Assembly: GCA_017499595.2 (NCBI GenBank)
Contig: CM039009.1
Coordinates: 62,001-126,000, forward strand
DNA length: 64,000 nucleotides
Direction of reading: 5' to 3'
DNA from: Psilocybe cubensis
Lineage: Eukaryota
Both the position numbers and the translations under genes were made by a program. Of the stretch, positions 1 through 13,968 are shown one piece after another (positions within the stretch are counted from its first letter, which is position 1; the number at the start of each line of letters is the position of its first letter). The notes under the pieces were generated by a model, which saw only the letters and a program-made list of their open reading frames with translations, had not been told where the DNA came from and ran no database searches.

Positions 1-159
1 GATATATGCAAAATCGGTTTTGCCTTTGCCCTCTCCCCCCTCTTCTTCTTGGCTAATAGGGGGGCAGAGCCTATGGCCTAGAAGAAAGATGGTTAGAAAA
101 TGAAAAGAAGCAAAAACACAGGAAGTGGGGAGGAAAGGTTACAATAATACAAAATGGAT

Positions 160-612
160 TAAGGCTCCAACCGTTTAGTTTCCGTTTAAATTTTATTACA
201 AACTAAACGGAAACGGTAATAAACAGTTTACAAACGTTTATAAACGTTTGTAAACAGTAAGCTCGAGGGTGGCTACAAGGGCAGGCGTTCAACAACGTTC
301 AACGCATCATTTGTCCTAATGCGGCCGATTTGCCAAGGAAGATAATAGTCGGCACCTAATTGGTACAAAAATGGGACCAAAACAAGAGTGCAAATGAGTT
401 AGTTTGGTGTAAAGAATAAAAGATGAATCATTTGATGTAATACGCACCCAATATTGTCCAAAAAAGAGATATACTTTAGCACAAAAATCTGTTACCGTTT
501 GAACCGTTTATAAACGTTTGTAAACTGTTTAGCAAGGCTCGTAAACTAAACGAAACGGTAAATGGTATATACCGTTTACAAACGATAAACAAACGAAACG
601 GTTGGAGCCTTA
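160..612. mobile_element. Non-autonomous hAT-like MITE (453 bp)
   Basis: 17-bp TIR TAAGGCTCCAACCGTTT / AAACGGTTGGAGCCTTA. Flanking direct repeat AAATGGAT at 152-159 and 613-620 (8-bp TSD if the termini are TA; the repeat can also be read as 10 bp). Many subterminal AAACG/CGTTT motifs; no coding capacity. Confidence 0.85.
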
Positions 613-3600
613 AAATGGATTGTTGACAATGAAAGGAGTAAAGAAGTTTTAAAATTTGAAGAAAAAACTGCTCGCTCACCATATTGTCATCTTGGTCGCT
701 CCCCTTCTGGGCCGGATCTCTGCTCTTGGTGCTGGAGACCTTTGCTTTTGCAGGGGGGCCCTTCACCCGCTGGGAAGGTTGGGGGTTGTTAGATTACAAC
801 AACACTTGAGAGGACGTCAGCGAGGAGGTAGTTCAATTACCAGATGAATTGGGCATCCTTGGGGTGTAGCAATAGACAGATAAGCTTGAAGATGTGGAAT
901 TCAAGCTGGTTATCACAATCTTCAATTCAATTGTCCTACAACGGAGCATAGGGCGTGTAGCTGAAACAGCAGTGATAAGGCGCAGATTGTGTAAATCTAT
1001 AGTAGGGAACCTTTATGAATCATCATCCATTGATATTTTCGTCTGCTTAGTGACCCCCGAGTGTATCTAATTACAGGTATAGAAATTTAATTTTCCTATT
1101 GTTCATGTGTCATAAGATACGAAGCTGCTGTGGTATAGCTCCGTAACGTCTCTCCCACCACATCCTTCTGAATTGTTGGCTAAGAATATACAAACCAATA
1201 CCGGCGCAGAACCACGAGTGTCATAGTAGGAATTCTTTTAATACTCCCAGTCGGAGCCCCAGACCACTCCTCTGGTTGATATGATACCTATATTTACTAA
1301 ATAATAAATACAGGTTCAACAAACCGGATAAAGTTGTCCGCTGGTAGATAGCATGTATCCGGGAATTGTCATTCACGGCAGAGGTGAGCCAAGATCAATC
1401 AGAGGGCATAACCAATGCATTCGACGGCCGATTAATCTTGATCTTCATGCCTGAGCGTGCATGGCATCCCCCTAAAATGTAACGCACCTGGACGATGTAA
1501 AGATCCATATTACACTCCAGCAGACCCCAATGCGTGCAAAAAGACCCATAGTGTAAAACCAGCGTATATGCGAGAGTAAATCCTCCACAAAGTAACAGGA
1601 CACACCAACCTGAAACATCGCGATAAGCATGTATGATGTCCCTCGGGAACGGAACTACTAAAGAGGCAGGGCGTAGGAGCGTTGCTGACAGAGGGTGACT
1701 TGGGCCGTCTTCATTCTCCGTAATACCTAACGAGAAAATTTAGTGCCTGCACAAAAGACTAGCAGGCGAGCTCAGTGAGAAAGTCTATACATGCGTCTAA
1801 AACGTGTGCATATGCGCATATGTGCCCCCCGGTCCCCTGCACCTTCGACAGAAAAATATTGATTAATAGAGACAACGATGAGCGCGTATGCGGTCGTAAC
1901 GGTACTCCCGTTCGTCATTCTCGTTGGACTGCACTGGACAAAAACGAGGTGTCAGCGACAACACAAATTCATGTGTCATGCAACATACCCTCTGCTGTTA
2001 GTGCTCATTTAAAAGCGGTCAGCAGATGCGAACGCAGACGGAGAAGCACAGAAAGCAGTCGATTCCCATGCTAATTCGGCCACGCTCCCACTCGCTGTCC
2101 CACCCACGTTCATCCCGGCGTCACCTGCCGTCGACGTATAATCAAACCGGTGGTTTGAGGATACCATCGAACCCATAGAGCGCGTGAATTACACAGTACA
2201 TGCGCATATCGCATATCGAGACCCTGCGCAGAGTTGACGCGGCACTGGGACAGGCAAAGAGACGCGCGGGGGAGCTGTAAGTCATGAGGGTGGAGGGGCT
2301 CTGCAGCGGGTTGCGCGCGTATGAGTTTTGCAGCTAGTGTGTTGATATTAATGTCGAAGGTGCCGTTGTGGTCATAAACGGAGGTTGGGGGGGGGGGATG
2401 TAAAAATTGCGGGTGTGTTTGGAGGCTGGTTTTGCGTGAAAATTGTGGAAGTCTGGGACAAAAACGATGAGATGGACAAATCGGACGCACGATTTCATAG
2501 TTCCCACGACATTCCTATCCTCCTCCGTCTTCAATCGATTTTTCTTGCGTCTTGTGAGTGTTGACTTATTGGTCGTCAAATTGGTGGTGGATGTATCCGG
2601 TATCCGTAGGAGAGGATCTGAGGGCGGGGTTGTAAAAGGGGGAGTTGGTGAGGCTGTATATGGCGGAGTCAGCGATGGTGACATTGTGGAGGAGGAGGAG
2701 ACGGATGTGATGGTAAATGTGGAAGTGTACGTACCATTAAAGCGTGATAGTCATAAAAGACGACATGCAGATGAGCGAGAGACGACAGTGAATTTTTACA
2801 AGTCCGTCGATTGCTGCCAGCAAAACAAGGACAAATACGCGAGACACTCGTCACCTGTAACGCTTGCCTCTTTCGATTACCGTGGATTTCGATTTCGAAT
2901 CGTTCATGCGTCTTCCGACCACATCCTACATCATTCACCTTGTATCCCTACGAATTCTGCTGGTCGTGCATATATCACGAACGTTGGAACTACTGCAATA
3001 CGCTGCCATGTCCCCTTCTGGATGTCGTCCCAATCATCGCTCATTTGTCTAGTCGATAGGAGGTTTCGAAGCGTATATACACCACAATGTAATCAGTGAC
3101 AGGCAGACATGAAGAGATTGGGAAGGATAATGAGGAATTAAGACATTATGCCAAAACCATCTAAACTCGCTGATAAATAGAAAAAAGAGTACAGGTTGCC
3201 TTTACAGTTTGGAAGCGCCGAGAGAGACGTTTGATGACACTGTGTAGCATATAGGATATGGAGTACTCGACAGTACTCTAGCAGGTCCGTCGCTTGCTTC
3301 ACGGCATGGTAAGACTACATCTTCGGCAGTTTGTACTTCGTGATACCCTACACCAAGATGTTCGGTAGCTTCCTAATAGATATCATCTAATACTCTTAGT
3401 CAAACAAACATATTTTTAAATCCAATTCAATTTTCTATTCAGTCTTGAAGTTCCATGATTAAATACTTTCAAACAAAATGAAACTTGTACCTTAGAACTC
3501 CTCTTACATTGGCGGTGGATCAGCCATTGAATGACACTGTGATGGGCTGTGCATCGTAGTTTGGTCTTGATCGGCCTCGCGTAAACAAGTGGAATGCTTA

Positions 3601-3830
3601 GTTCTCAGTTGCCTTCGCATGCACAGCGCTATGACGAATGCAATGGTTTTGAATGGTTTTAAAAATATGTTATAATTATATTCTGCATCCCCCAAGTAAT
3701 TCATGTATTTTTTCAGAATGTGCATAGTAGTTGATGATACGGCATGGTAGAATGCGATGCCTGCAGCAAGCCTGCAGGATACTGTGCTGGAGGAATAATG
3801 AAAAATGGTGTTTTTACGTAATCTGCGGTA

Positions 3831-3936
3831 GGCGCTATAGCTAAGTGGTTAAAGCGACAGATTAGAATAGTCAGCTAACTTCGCATCTACAATCTGTTCC
3901 TCTTTGAGGGCGCAGGTTCAAATCCTGCTGGCGTCG
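3831..3936 (+). tRNA. tRNA-Ser(AGA) with 24-nt intron (3868-3891)
   Basis: GGCGCTA...TGGCGTCG acceptor stem, D-loop TAGCTAAGTGGTTAAAGC, anticodon arm ACAGA-TTAGAA/A-TCTGT, long variable arm CCTCTTTGAGG, T-loop GGTTCAAATCC. Confidence 0.95.
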
Positions 3937-4336
3937 ATTAAGTTTTGAATGTTTTACAGTTTCACCCGGCATTTCAGCAGTAATGTGTTCCATAAACTAA
4001 CTTTGCTTTTCTGTCAAAACATAGAAGAATGCTTCGTTTTTCTTTTTCTATAGCATGCGGACCGTACCGTCATGTTTGTTTTTCCAATTCCAAGTCGGTT
4101 ATATTGGCATAAATACTGTAACGTCTTGTAACCCTGGGCCCTACATTCAGTACACCTTCCAGTTATGGACGAAAAACTTTACATTTGGCTGATGACTAAC
4201 CACAAATATCAGAAAAGAAAATGAATATACAGAATAAAGGAAGGTCAAAATGACAGATACTATACATAATGATGCTAGAAGTGGCTTCTTTCAGGGTGTA
4301 TTGTTTGTTCAAATTGAAACACTGAAAGGCTCAGTA

Positions 4337-5674
4337 CTAAACCGATGAAGTGGCCTTGGATAACCGTTTCAATTCCATCACGGGCATTGACACCTCCTCG
4401 ACCAGACCCGAACTAACGATATCGGTTCTGATAGAGATTACACCACTCCCATCGAAGTTTTCTGAACTCGGCATCGAGCGAAATTTAATTGGATCTACAT
4501 GGGTAAACACTGCTGGTCTGGATTCCGATACCACCGTGGGAGAGGATGAATCCATGAGTGCAATTCTTGCAACCAGTACAGTGGGAGCCAAGCCCTAAGT
4601 GTACTCTTTAAAACCCAGTTGATTATATGATATTGAGTACTCACCGCAAGAATTACTGCGACTGCTTGAACATAGTACAGTGCAATATATACCGGACCTT
4701 CGGAAGACGTAAAAGACAATGGAAGTGCGGTAATAATTGCCAAGACAAGCATTACAAGTGAGTATACGGCCGCTGATTCTACGATGACGGTCGTAACTCT
4801 TGTAAATTTCTGCCTGTAGGTATTTCTAGTGGATCTAGACGCGTAGTGTATCCTGTACGCCATTAGCAATGTTGTTGTGACAGCAGTAGCAAGTTGAACA
4901 AATGGCAGAGCGGCTTCAATTCTGTCATCCGCTAAAATATCAGACGCCTTCTTATCTCCATTGTCGAAGAGTGCATCGAAGATAGTCGCGGCTGCTGACA
5001 AGGCTTTAAGACCAAGTTAGCTAGGTAGTCTATCTTCGGTTACTAAAAGGTGACTTACCAAGCTCTGTGAGTAGAAGGAGAGATGGGATTATGATTGCTA
5101 TTATCGACCTTCCCCATACATGGTAGCACCTCCATATCTGTACAGAAATGCATGAACAAGGATATCTTACAGACGTAACATTACCTACCAACAGTCCATC
5201 CGACACAACGAATAGGGCATAAAAACAGAAATCGTTGAGAAAACGTGTACCCCACGTGGACTGAAGCCCTCCCAATGCTCCCCAGTAAATTGAGTTTTCG
5301 GTGTTCGTATTGATTAGAACCAAGCGATCCAAGAAATACCACTGTAAAACAACCTCGATGAAGCACAAAATGTACAGCGTTGTGATGGTCAGAAGCACGA
5401 TGGAATTTCCTGGGACCGCCGTTCTCTTGCATACTGTAAATCGAGCTCTTATAAATTGTATGTGTTAGTAGTGAAAAGGACAGCGTACAGCAAATATACA
5501 TTGTTCCAACATAAACCGTGGTATATATTCCTGTTTAACGTGTTATACAACGTGCTCGCATAATATAGTTTTCAGAATAAACTTACCCATCAAAAAATTT
5601 AGCCCCAACGTCGAATTCAGACTGGCGCTAATAACATCTTGGATCCCGACTGGAACGCCGTTGCTGGTAGACAT
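4337..5674 (-). CDS. Multi-exon polytopic (7TM-like) membrane protein of a basidiomycete-expanded family
   Basis: Hydrophobic exons in ORFs 5030-5398, 4495-5001 and 4337-4591 joined by GT-AG introns; family motifs SDGLL/IWRCYHVW, IVESAAVYS and G(L/M)APTVLVARIAL. Start MSTSNGVP at 5674. Confidence 0.75.
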
Positions 5675-8284
5675 AGCAATGAGCAGTCGAACAAGGAACC
5701 AGCCAGGAGATTGTGATATTATATATGCGCGTTCAGAAGCCGTTCACACGAATTCCCTTCCAGGGCAGTTAAACTGGTGACATCAACGAGGGTCTGGAGT
5801 ACACAATTAATATTATCATTCAGGAACATTTGATCAGAGCTGCCGTGCTTCAAAATACCTGGGCGGCCCATGACTGTATTCATCGTTCTCGCATCAATCA
5901 TAACAATGTCTTTTTTCGGCAGTGTGCCGCTGATCGGGCGTCTATTATAAATTCATACCCTAAAGATTCTTGAGAACTTGATACACATTGTACCTTTGAC
6001 CTCAGCAGAAATTCAATGACATCAGTTGAAGAAGATAATTTGCATCCGGCAAGTGAATGATCGTTTCAGTTGTCAGTTCGTTCCCACAACGTTCCCACCC
6101 GTCCGTATGGCGTAGCGTGAAATCTAAAATTTGCAGGATTCAGTGTACTTTGTAATGACAATGAGATATATATGAGATGATGATAGATAAGGTGGTAATT
6201 TAGTGCCATCCTCCTTCATTACTTCCTCAAATCTTCAACGACTTGAATTGTACTTGTTGATGCATCACTCTTTCCAATCACGGAGAAACGAGAAAAATGC
6301 AGTTGGTATAAAACAGATTCCGTTGGTATCTTATGTATACACTCACTTCACGACAAACGCGCAGGTGGGACAGGTGAAATAGGCGCCCAAAACCAACAGA
6401 CTAACCCCATGTAATTAACGGCACTGCACCGCATTTGGTTGGGTAGAGTCGCCGACATTTCAAGGTGTCTCACGGTGCCTATTCCGGGACTGTTTTGACG
6501 GAATTCTCTGATCGCAACGTGGCAAAAATTCGGACCCATGCCGCGTCAATATTGGTCTGTACTCGGGGTACACTGTTCACCCTCCAGGATTATGCACAGG
6601 CATACATAGCAAGGTTTTCTTTGCAAATATCAAATCAGAGATCAGAAATAGTTCCGCCAGATGCTCATATGCCAACATTTTACTTCTCAGGGCTTTCCCT
6701 GCCGACATGCTTCGTATCAGAAACTGATACACAAGAATTGCAAGTACTCTTCATCTGGAGAGCAATCAGTAAATATACAGAAAAAGCTCGGAAGGCAAAT
6801 TTGAGGGCTAAGCTACCAGCCTACCGTCCAACACATATTGATTCTTCGTCCCTCTACTATAAGATGCACCCTCTGCCTCTGTTTCATCCCTTATTCCCCG
6901 TCAATACAAAGTGTCACCTCGAGGTATACGAAACTATCCAATACAGTGCATCCAGCCGTAGATGTGCCACCAAGGAGGACGAATTTAACGAGAGTCACGA
7001 TGCACCACCTGTCGCTACCAGACACAGACAAATTTCCAGTGTAGACCTCATCAGGCGCCTACACCCGCAATTGTATTTGCACCTGCCTCTTGAATCCTGA
7101 GCTTCACTGCAACATCAACACCTAAACCCCAAGCGCGGGTGACAATATCTAATGTTAAATATATTGCTTTCGTTCTATCGTTATTCAGATATATATATAA
7201 ATGTCGAGCTCTACTCTACTGTCTCTACATCTACCTCGACTCAATATCTACCATCTACATGAAAACCTTGAGCTTAAAACCAGAAGTATAAATATAACTA
7301 CAGATGTACTTACAAGGATTAACGAGCGGGAGGGGGAGTGGACGGAACGAGTTACGAGAAGCACGAGGACGAACTTTGAAGTCTAAATGTAAAGTTGACC
7401 GCCGTGTAACTTTAAGCCATGTCACAACAAAAAAGCGCTGGTGAGAGTACTAATACTAATAGACTCGAACCCCTTGTACTGTGTACTGTGTGGGCAGGCG
7501 AAGTATGAGAATGTCAAGGGATAGAGATAATAAGACACAATAAAAATCAGAAAGCTGAAAGAGGAAAAAGCCGGATATGCATGCATGCCCATACCCATGC
7601 CAATGCCGTGTTATAGAGATAAAACCAAAGAAACAGTAATGCAAAACATAATAATACAAACACGCGGTAAAAATGAAGATAGAACTGTGCGCATATGCTG
7701 TATGCTGTATATTGTATGCTGTATATTGTATGCTGTATGCTGTATGTTGGGTGTTGTGTAGCTAGTGAACGTGATAAAGATACTATCTAAAATGTTAAAA
7801 ACGCAGAAGATGATGGTGATAGAAACGAGAAACGATGTGGATGTCGATATATAGCGGCCGACGTGTGCACAACTCGGGGAAAGCATTAAGATACAACGAG
7901 AAGCGTGAAACGAGAAACGAGAAGCGTGAAGAGAAATGTGAAACGAGAAACGAGAAACGAGAAGCATAAGACGTGAAAGTAGAAAAAAAATATAGAAAAC
8001 AACACTAAAAACCCCCAAATAAAAACCATAAAAAGGAAATGCACGAGAAGGATATTAGAAAACATCAACTTGAACTGCGATGGATGAGATAGAAATGAGA
8101 TTGAATGAAATAGAATGAGATAGTATGAAATAGAATAGAATAGAATGGATGGTGATGAGCGTGAGTATCGAATCAAACCAGGCGAGCAGCATTGGCAGAG
8201 GCATCGGCAGCGTCGTCGTCGTCGTCGGCGGCGGCGGAGATTCGAGGTACGAATCGTGAATCGTGAATCGTAAATCGATATCGT

Positions 8285-11200
8285 TCATCGCTCCCCAAAC
8301 CCATACCCGAACCCGAATCCATAGCGCACACTCTTCCCACCTTCACATCCCCCACCACCATGTCCATGTCGAGGTTCAACAGGACTAGGCATCGGCGTCT
8401 CGTCGTCGTCGTATTCATGGTCATCCGTACCACACACTTCACCCTCGCCGTCACCATACCCGTCGCCGTCGTCGTCGGCGGAGTGGGTGTACACGTAGGA
8501 TTTGTGCGCGTTATAAACGTCAAGGGCGCTATGGACGTTGTGCGCGTTACGGACATCAAGTGCATTATGAACGTCGTACGACCCATGCGATCCAACATGC
8601 GCATTCATAGGGAGAGGAAAAGGCGAGGGATAGGAAGGTCGTATGTGGAGCTGTAATTGTGGGAGTGGTGTCGTTGTCGTTGACGCTGTCTTTTCCAATA
8701 TCGTTGTCCGAGTCGTTGTCACTGTCTTTTCCACTGTCGTTGACGCTGTCGTTGACGCTGTCGTTGTCGTTGACGCTGTCGTTGACGCTGTCGAAGTCGA
8801 AGTCGAAGTCGAAGTCGCTGTCAAACTTGATCTCGAATTCGATCTCGATTCCAACCTCGACGCGGACACGAAAGACGAAGACGAAGACGAAGACGAAGAC
8901 GACGGAGCTGTAGAATAAATCATCCCGCCCTCTTCCTCATCCTCCTCCTCCTCCACGTGTCCATGTCCAGGTGAAGGCGGAGACACGAGTCTAGGCGGCG
9001 CCGGCTGTACCGACGCCACACCATTCTCCTTACCCTTACCAATACCAACACCAAGCCCAGCTAGCTCAGCCAGCTCGGCACGCTCATCATTCAAGAGGGC
9101 GCGTAGACGCGCGTATGCCGATTGCGTTGCTCCTGCTGCGCCAGAGCCCGCATTTGTTCCTGCTCCTGTGCCAGTGCCCGTATTTGCGCTCACGCGTGAC
9201 GCTGCCGCCGACGCCGACTCTGACCCCGACGAACCTCCCCTCCCTTCTGAGCCCCTAACCTCAGACTCGCCCTCGCGCTCAGGCATCAAAGCCTGTTTCG
9301 AGGAAGAGAACGATGAGGACGAGGACCGCGTCCCTGTGCTTCTCCCCGGCTCTCCTACACCCACACCCACACCCACATCCGGGCTGGCACCGGCGCTGGC
9401 ACCCATACCCGCCAAAGAACGAGAGAAAGAGCGAGGAGGAGGCGGGAGGAGAAGGAGGGATGTTATATCCTCCCCTTCCCCTTCCCCTTCTCCTTCTTCT
9501 CCTTCCTCTTCTTCTCCTTCTCCTTCTTCTCCCTCTCCTTCGGCATCCTCTCCTTCGGCATCCTCCGCATGATCCTCGACCGTCGTTGGCACCGCTGAAG
9601 ACCCAGCCCCGCCCGAACCCGCCCCAAAACGTGGGCCAAAATCAGCCTGTCTCAACGTCCGAGTCCTATCTGACTCTGCGAGTGGTTTTCTCTTCGTCAT
9701 CTTTGTAGTGTACGGGTTTGAGGATGGGTGCGGGGATGGGGATGGGGATGGGTGCGGGGATGGGGATGGGTGCGGGGATGGGGATGGGTGCGGGGATGGG
9801 GATGCTGAGCTGGAAGATGTTGAGCTGGAGCGGGATACTGAGCTGGAGGATGCCGAGCTTGAGGGGGATGCTGAACCGGAGGGGGATAATCTTGAGTTTG
9901 AGCTGGAGTTTGAGCTGGAGGATGCTGAGCTGGAGGATACTGAGCTGGAGCGGGATGCCGAGCTGGACGATACTGAGCCGGAAGATCCCACCCTCGCCCT
10001 CGTACCACTCCCTATCACCCTCATAGACGACTTTTGCTTGGGTGCTTGTTTGGGTGCCTGCTCTCGAGTTTGCGTCTCTGCAGGTGTTCGCGTCGACCCC
10101 GCACTCGACCCAGCACTCATCCTCATCCTCGACCCCGAACCCGAACCCGAACTAGGCGCCAAACTCGACCCCGAACCGGAAGAAAAAACAACGCGCTCCT
10201 CGCGCATCAACGCGCGTCCTCTCCCGTTCCCACTCGCATTAGCACCCGAAAACGCACCTGAAAACGCACCCCCCACGAGCGTCTCCTCGCGCTTCAGCTG
10301 TCTCTTCGCCCCGCTTGCCGTGCTTGTGCCTGTCCCTATCGCTGTCCCTATTGCTGTCGCTGTCGCCGTGTTCGTACGAGAGCCAGAGCCAGAGCCAGAT
10401 CCCATACCCACAAACTCCATCCTCGTCGTCGCGTTCGCGTTCGTCTTCTCGTTCGCCATCCTCGCCATCGTCTTCCCGTTCGTCTGCTCCTTCGCGTGCT
10501 CGGTCGTGTTCGCGTTCCCATTCGAGTTCGCGTTCGTCGCCATCGTTTCGTTCGTTGTCCTCGCGTTCTTGTTCCCATTCGCGTTCCCATTCGCATTCGC
10601 ATTCGCTGGCGCTGGCGCTGGCGCTGGGCCGGGAGCGGGTACGGGTGCGGGTGGGTATGCAGGTGTGAGACCAAGCGGCGACGCGTGTGTGTACGTGCGC
10701 GTGTTCCGCGTGTTCCGCGCGTGGTTCGTGTGGTGTGCAGCCTTTTGTGCGACGGCGAGGGACAGTGTAGGTTGGAGTCGCTGTGGCAGGACGGGTGCGT
10801 GTGTGGGTGCGGGTGCGTGTGCGGGTGCGGGTGCGTGTGTAGGTTGGAGTGTGGAGGAAGAGGAGAGTGAGGAAGATGTTGAGGAGGAAGATGAGAAGGT
10901 GGAGAGTGAGGATAAGGCACCCGCAGCACCCCCGCCACCGCCAGCACCACCGACGTCGCGCGGTAGCTGTATCCGCAGAGTTATATCTTCACCTTCGCCG
11001 TCCAGATCCGCGTACGTGTCTGGATCTGAGTCGAGGTCGAGGTTGAGGTTGAGGTTGAGGTTGAGGTTGAGGCGTTCTTCTTCTTCGCACTCCTCGAATT
11101 CTTCACACTGCTCGCGCTCTTCGCACTCCTCGCATTCACATTCGCCATCTCCATCTCCATCTCCATCTCCGAGATCAAACTCGTCGAACTCGTCGAACTC

Positions 11201-12210
11201 TTCCTCCTCATCTTCTTCCTCTCCATCTTCCTCCTCGTCTTCATCTTCTTCTCCATCTCCATCATCTTCTTCAACACCAACCCCTCCACCACCACCACCC
11301 CCACCTACATCAGAGCTAGAATCCGAGTCAGAGTCCGAGTCCCACCCCCCCTCCTCGTCCATTTCAACAACTTCATCCGTACTCCCTTTCCATCCTCCTT
11401 GGGTAGTTGGTATGTGTTTGAGGTTAGGTGGGTGTTTGTGTTTGGGGTGCGGAACGGGAACGGGGGTAAGTTTTTGTCGGGAGTGTATAGGGATATTGGT
11501 AGTCGTAGTTGTATCCGTAGTTGTATCCGTAGTAGTAGTAGTAGGAGGAGGAGTGGTGGTGGATATACTGGAACTAGTTGCACCCATACTCGTATTCGCA
11601 GCGTCGACGCCTACTCCGACGTCGAACCCGAGGGCGCGCATGGCGGCTGCGGAGATGGGCAGGCCGTTCGGTGTGCGCGGGAGGGTGGGTGGGTTGGTGG
11701 GTGTAGACACACCGGCAGTCGGGGACGCAGACGGGGTGTGTGTATGTTGGGAGGTCGGGATCGGCAGACGCGCATGAGTGGAAGAAGAGGATGGAGGGGG
11801 TCGAACGGTGTCTGTGTTGTTGCGTACTATGTACGCAGGAGATTTGGGCTGTGAAATGAGAAATAAGGTTTAGCCTGACGAAGGAACTAGGAGGAGAAGG
11901 AGAAGCAAGTGGCACCGACCTGCAACAAACTGAGAGCGGCATGTGTCCAGCGCAGCCCGTCCAGATCCGCGAATTCAGCTTTGACGCTCAGAAAAGGCTG
12001 CATCAGCAGCTGTCTTTGTTCCTGGCAACATCAAGATGAGCGTCTATTTGTATGGGTGGGTGGGAGACGTACCTCAGTCATATGCAGCGCCTCGGCCTCT
12101 TCAGCGGCCTGCTCGAGCTCAGCTTCCAGAAGGCGCTGCTTGCGCTGCTCAGCACGGGACGCCGCTTGGATATTCAGACTCTCCACCGCCATCTGTCTCG
12201 CAGCAGTCAT
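8285..12210 (-). CDS. Hypothetical 1267-aa low-complexity (S/T/G/E/P/A-rich) protein, 3 exons
   Basis: Exons 12210-12073, 12021-11920 and 11848-8285 are all phase 0, with GTACGT/CAG and GTCGGT/CAG splice sites and a GCTAAAC branch site. The N-terminus MTAARQMAVESLN...LLEAELEQAAEEAE is coiled-coil-like; exon 3 is a 3.5-kb stop-free frame. Confidence 0.6.
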
Positions 12211-12344
12211 ATAGTATAGGAGGAAAAGGAACAAAGCCGTTGAAACACCGCCCAATCAAAAACGGTGACTGTGACAAGCGTGCTTTGTGACGCTTTTTGA
12301 ATTGAACGTTTCCCTTTCTTCTTCACCACCACCACCACCACACA
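12211..12344. promoter_or_regulatory. Compact bidirectional promoter region between the low-complexity gene and PCNA
   Basis: Only 134 bp separate two divergent ATGs; CCAAT at ~12252; this short stretch is largely free of the microsatellite expansion around it. Confidence 0.5.
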
Positions 12345-13907
12345 ATGCTCGAAGCTAAACTCGCAGAAGCCGGCACCCTCAAAAAGCTGCTCGACGGTAC
12401 GTCCTCCTCCTTCTCTCCCTCTCTCCCTCACCCACACCTCCCACCCAGCCATCAAAGAGCTCGTCACCGACGCCAACTTTGAATGCAACGAGGAAGGCAT
12501 CGTGCTGCAAGCAATGGACAACTCGCACGTCGCCCTCGTCTCCGTCAAATTCGGCGCGCCCGGGTTCAAGCGCTACAGATGCGACAGGCCGATGCCGCTC
12601 GGCGTCAACCTCGCGAGCCTCACCAAGGTCCTCAAGTGTGCCAAGGACGACGATATTTGCACGCTTAAAGCGGCGGATGAGGCGGATGTGTTGAATTTGG
12701 TGTATGAAGCCAAGAGTGAGTTTTTTTGGACGCGACGCGTTGCTTCCCGCGTCTTCTCTCTCCTTTTCCTTTTTAACCCCCTTCATTCATTTTGAATCAC
12801 GAACCCTCTTGATACGAGTCCCATCCTCTCGTTCATGCATGCATGCTTGCCCGCCCTCTCCCTTTCTTCATTACACCCTTCCCCTTCTCCCTCTTCTTCT
12901 TCCTTTCTTCCTTCTTAAACTTGTCATTCCTCTTCCCCTTCCCTTTCACCTTCCCCTTCATTCCCATTTTGTGGCTGTGTCCCGTCCCGTCCCCCGTCCG
13001 CTCGTGCGTCCCTGTGTGCGTATTCGCACGTCTTGCTATACCCGTCCTCCACTCGCGCGTGCGCCACGTGCCACGTGCCACGTTGGAAACCGTCCCTGTC
13101 CAAGTCCAAGTCAGAGCCAGAGCCCGAGCCCTGTGCCACTCCGCGTCTTATCCGACGACGCATTTCGGGTTGAGATTACATTTTCGATCTGGTGTTGAGT
13201 TGGATTTGGAGATGAAGTTGGAGATGGCACAGCGCTGTATATCATGATGCGGATAACATCTCCGATCCGGATTTTTATATGCATCTGCACTCGGACGTGG
13301 ACGTGGACTTGGACTCGGACTCGGAATTTAACTTGGACTCCGACATGGTCGTGGTTGTGGTTGTGGTTGTGGTGTAGAACAGGCATAAGGAAGCGCACTC
13401 GCGCTCCTTGTTGTACACCAAACACCAAGGACGGTGAGGAGGGCCGGGGATGGGTGTCTTTTGGTGTTCGATTTCGATTTTTTGGTTTTGATTTTGATTT
13501 CGATATTTTGGTGTTTGATTTCGATTTCGGTTTCGATTTCGATTTCGGTTTCTTTGGTTTTGGTTTTGGTGTTTCCTCCTTTTTTTTTCGTTTTGCTTTT
13601 CGTTTCTTTTTTTCGTTTTGCTTTTCATTTCCATTTTTCTCCTTCTCCTTCTCCTTCTCTCTCTTCCCCTTCTTCTTCTTCTTCTACTCGTTCTGCGAAG
13701 AATCACCGCTTCACCGCCATATCAGTCCACTCTGCGCCTTTTTTTTGGTGGATCCATCAGCGGTTTTTTACTTTTTGTTTTCTGGTTTCTGCTTTCTGGT
13801 TTCTGTGCTTCATGTTCGATGTGCGATGTGGGCTGTGTGCCGTTCTATGCGATTCTACACGGTTCTCCGCCGTTCGCTACCCTTCGTTCCGCATGCGCCA
13901 TTTCCGC

Positions 13908-13968
<61 letters not shown>

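Noticed and set aside
2110-3099. Overlapping ORFs, possible minus-strand gene with a P/T-rich segment
   Set aside because: No recognisable domain, and I could not build a consistent exon chain.
6465-7100. 211-aa ORF
   Set aside because: Non-ATG start, no motif, no supporting splice structure.
9708-11777. 689-aa plus-strand ORF
   Set aside because: Antisense shadow of the low-complexity gene; no independent start or splice context.
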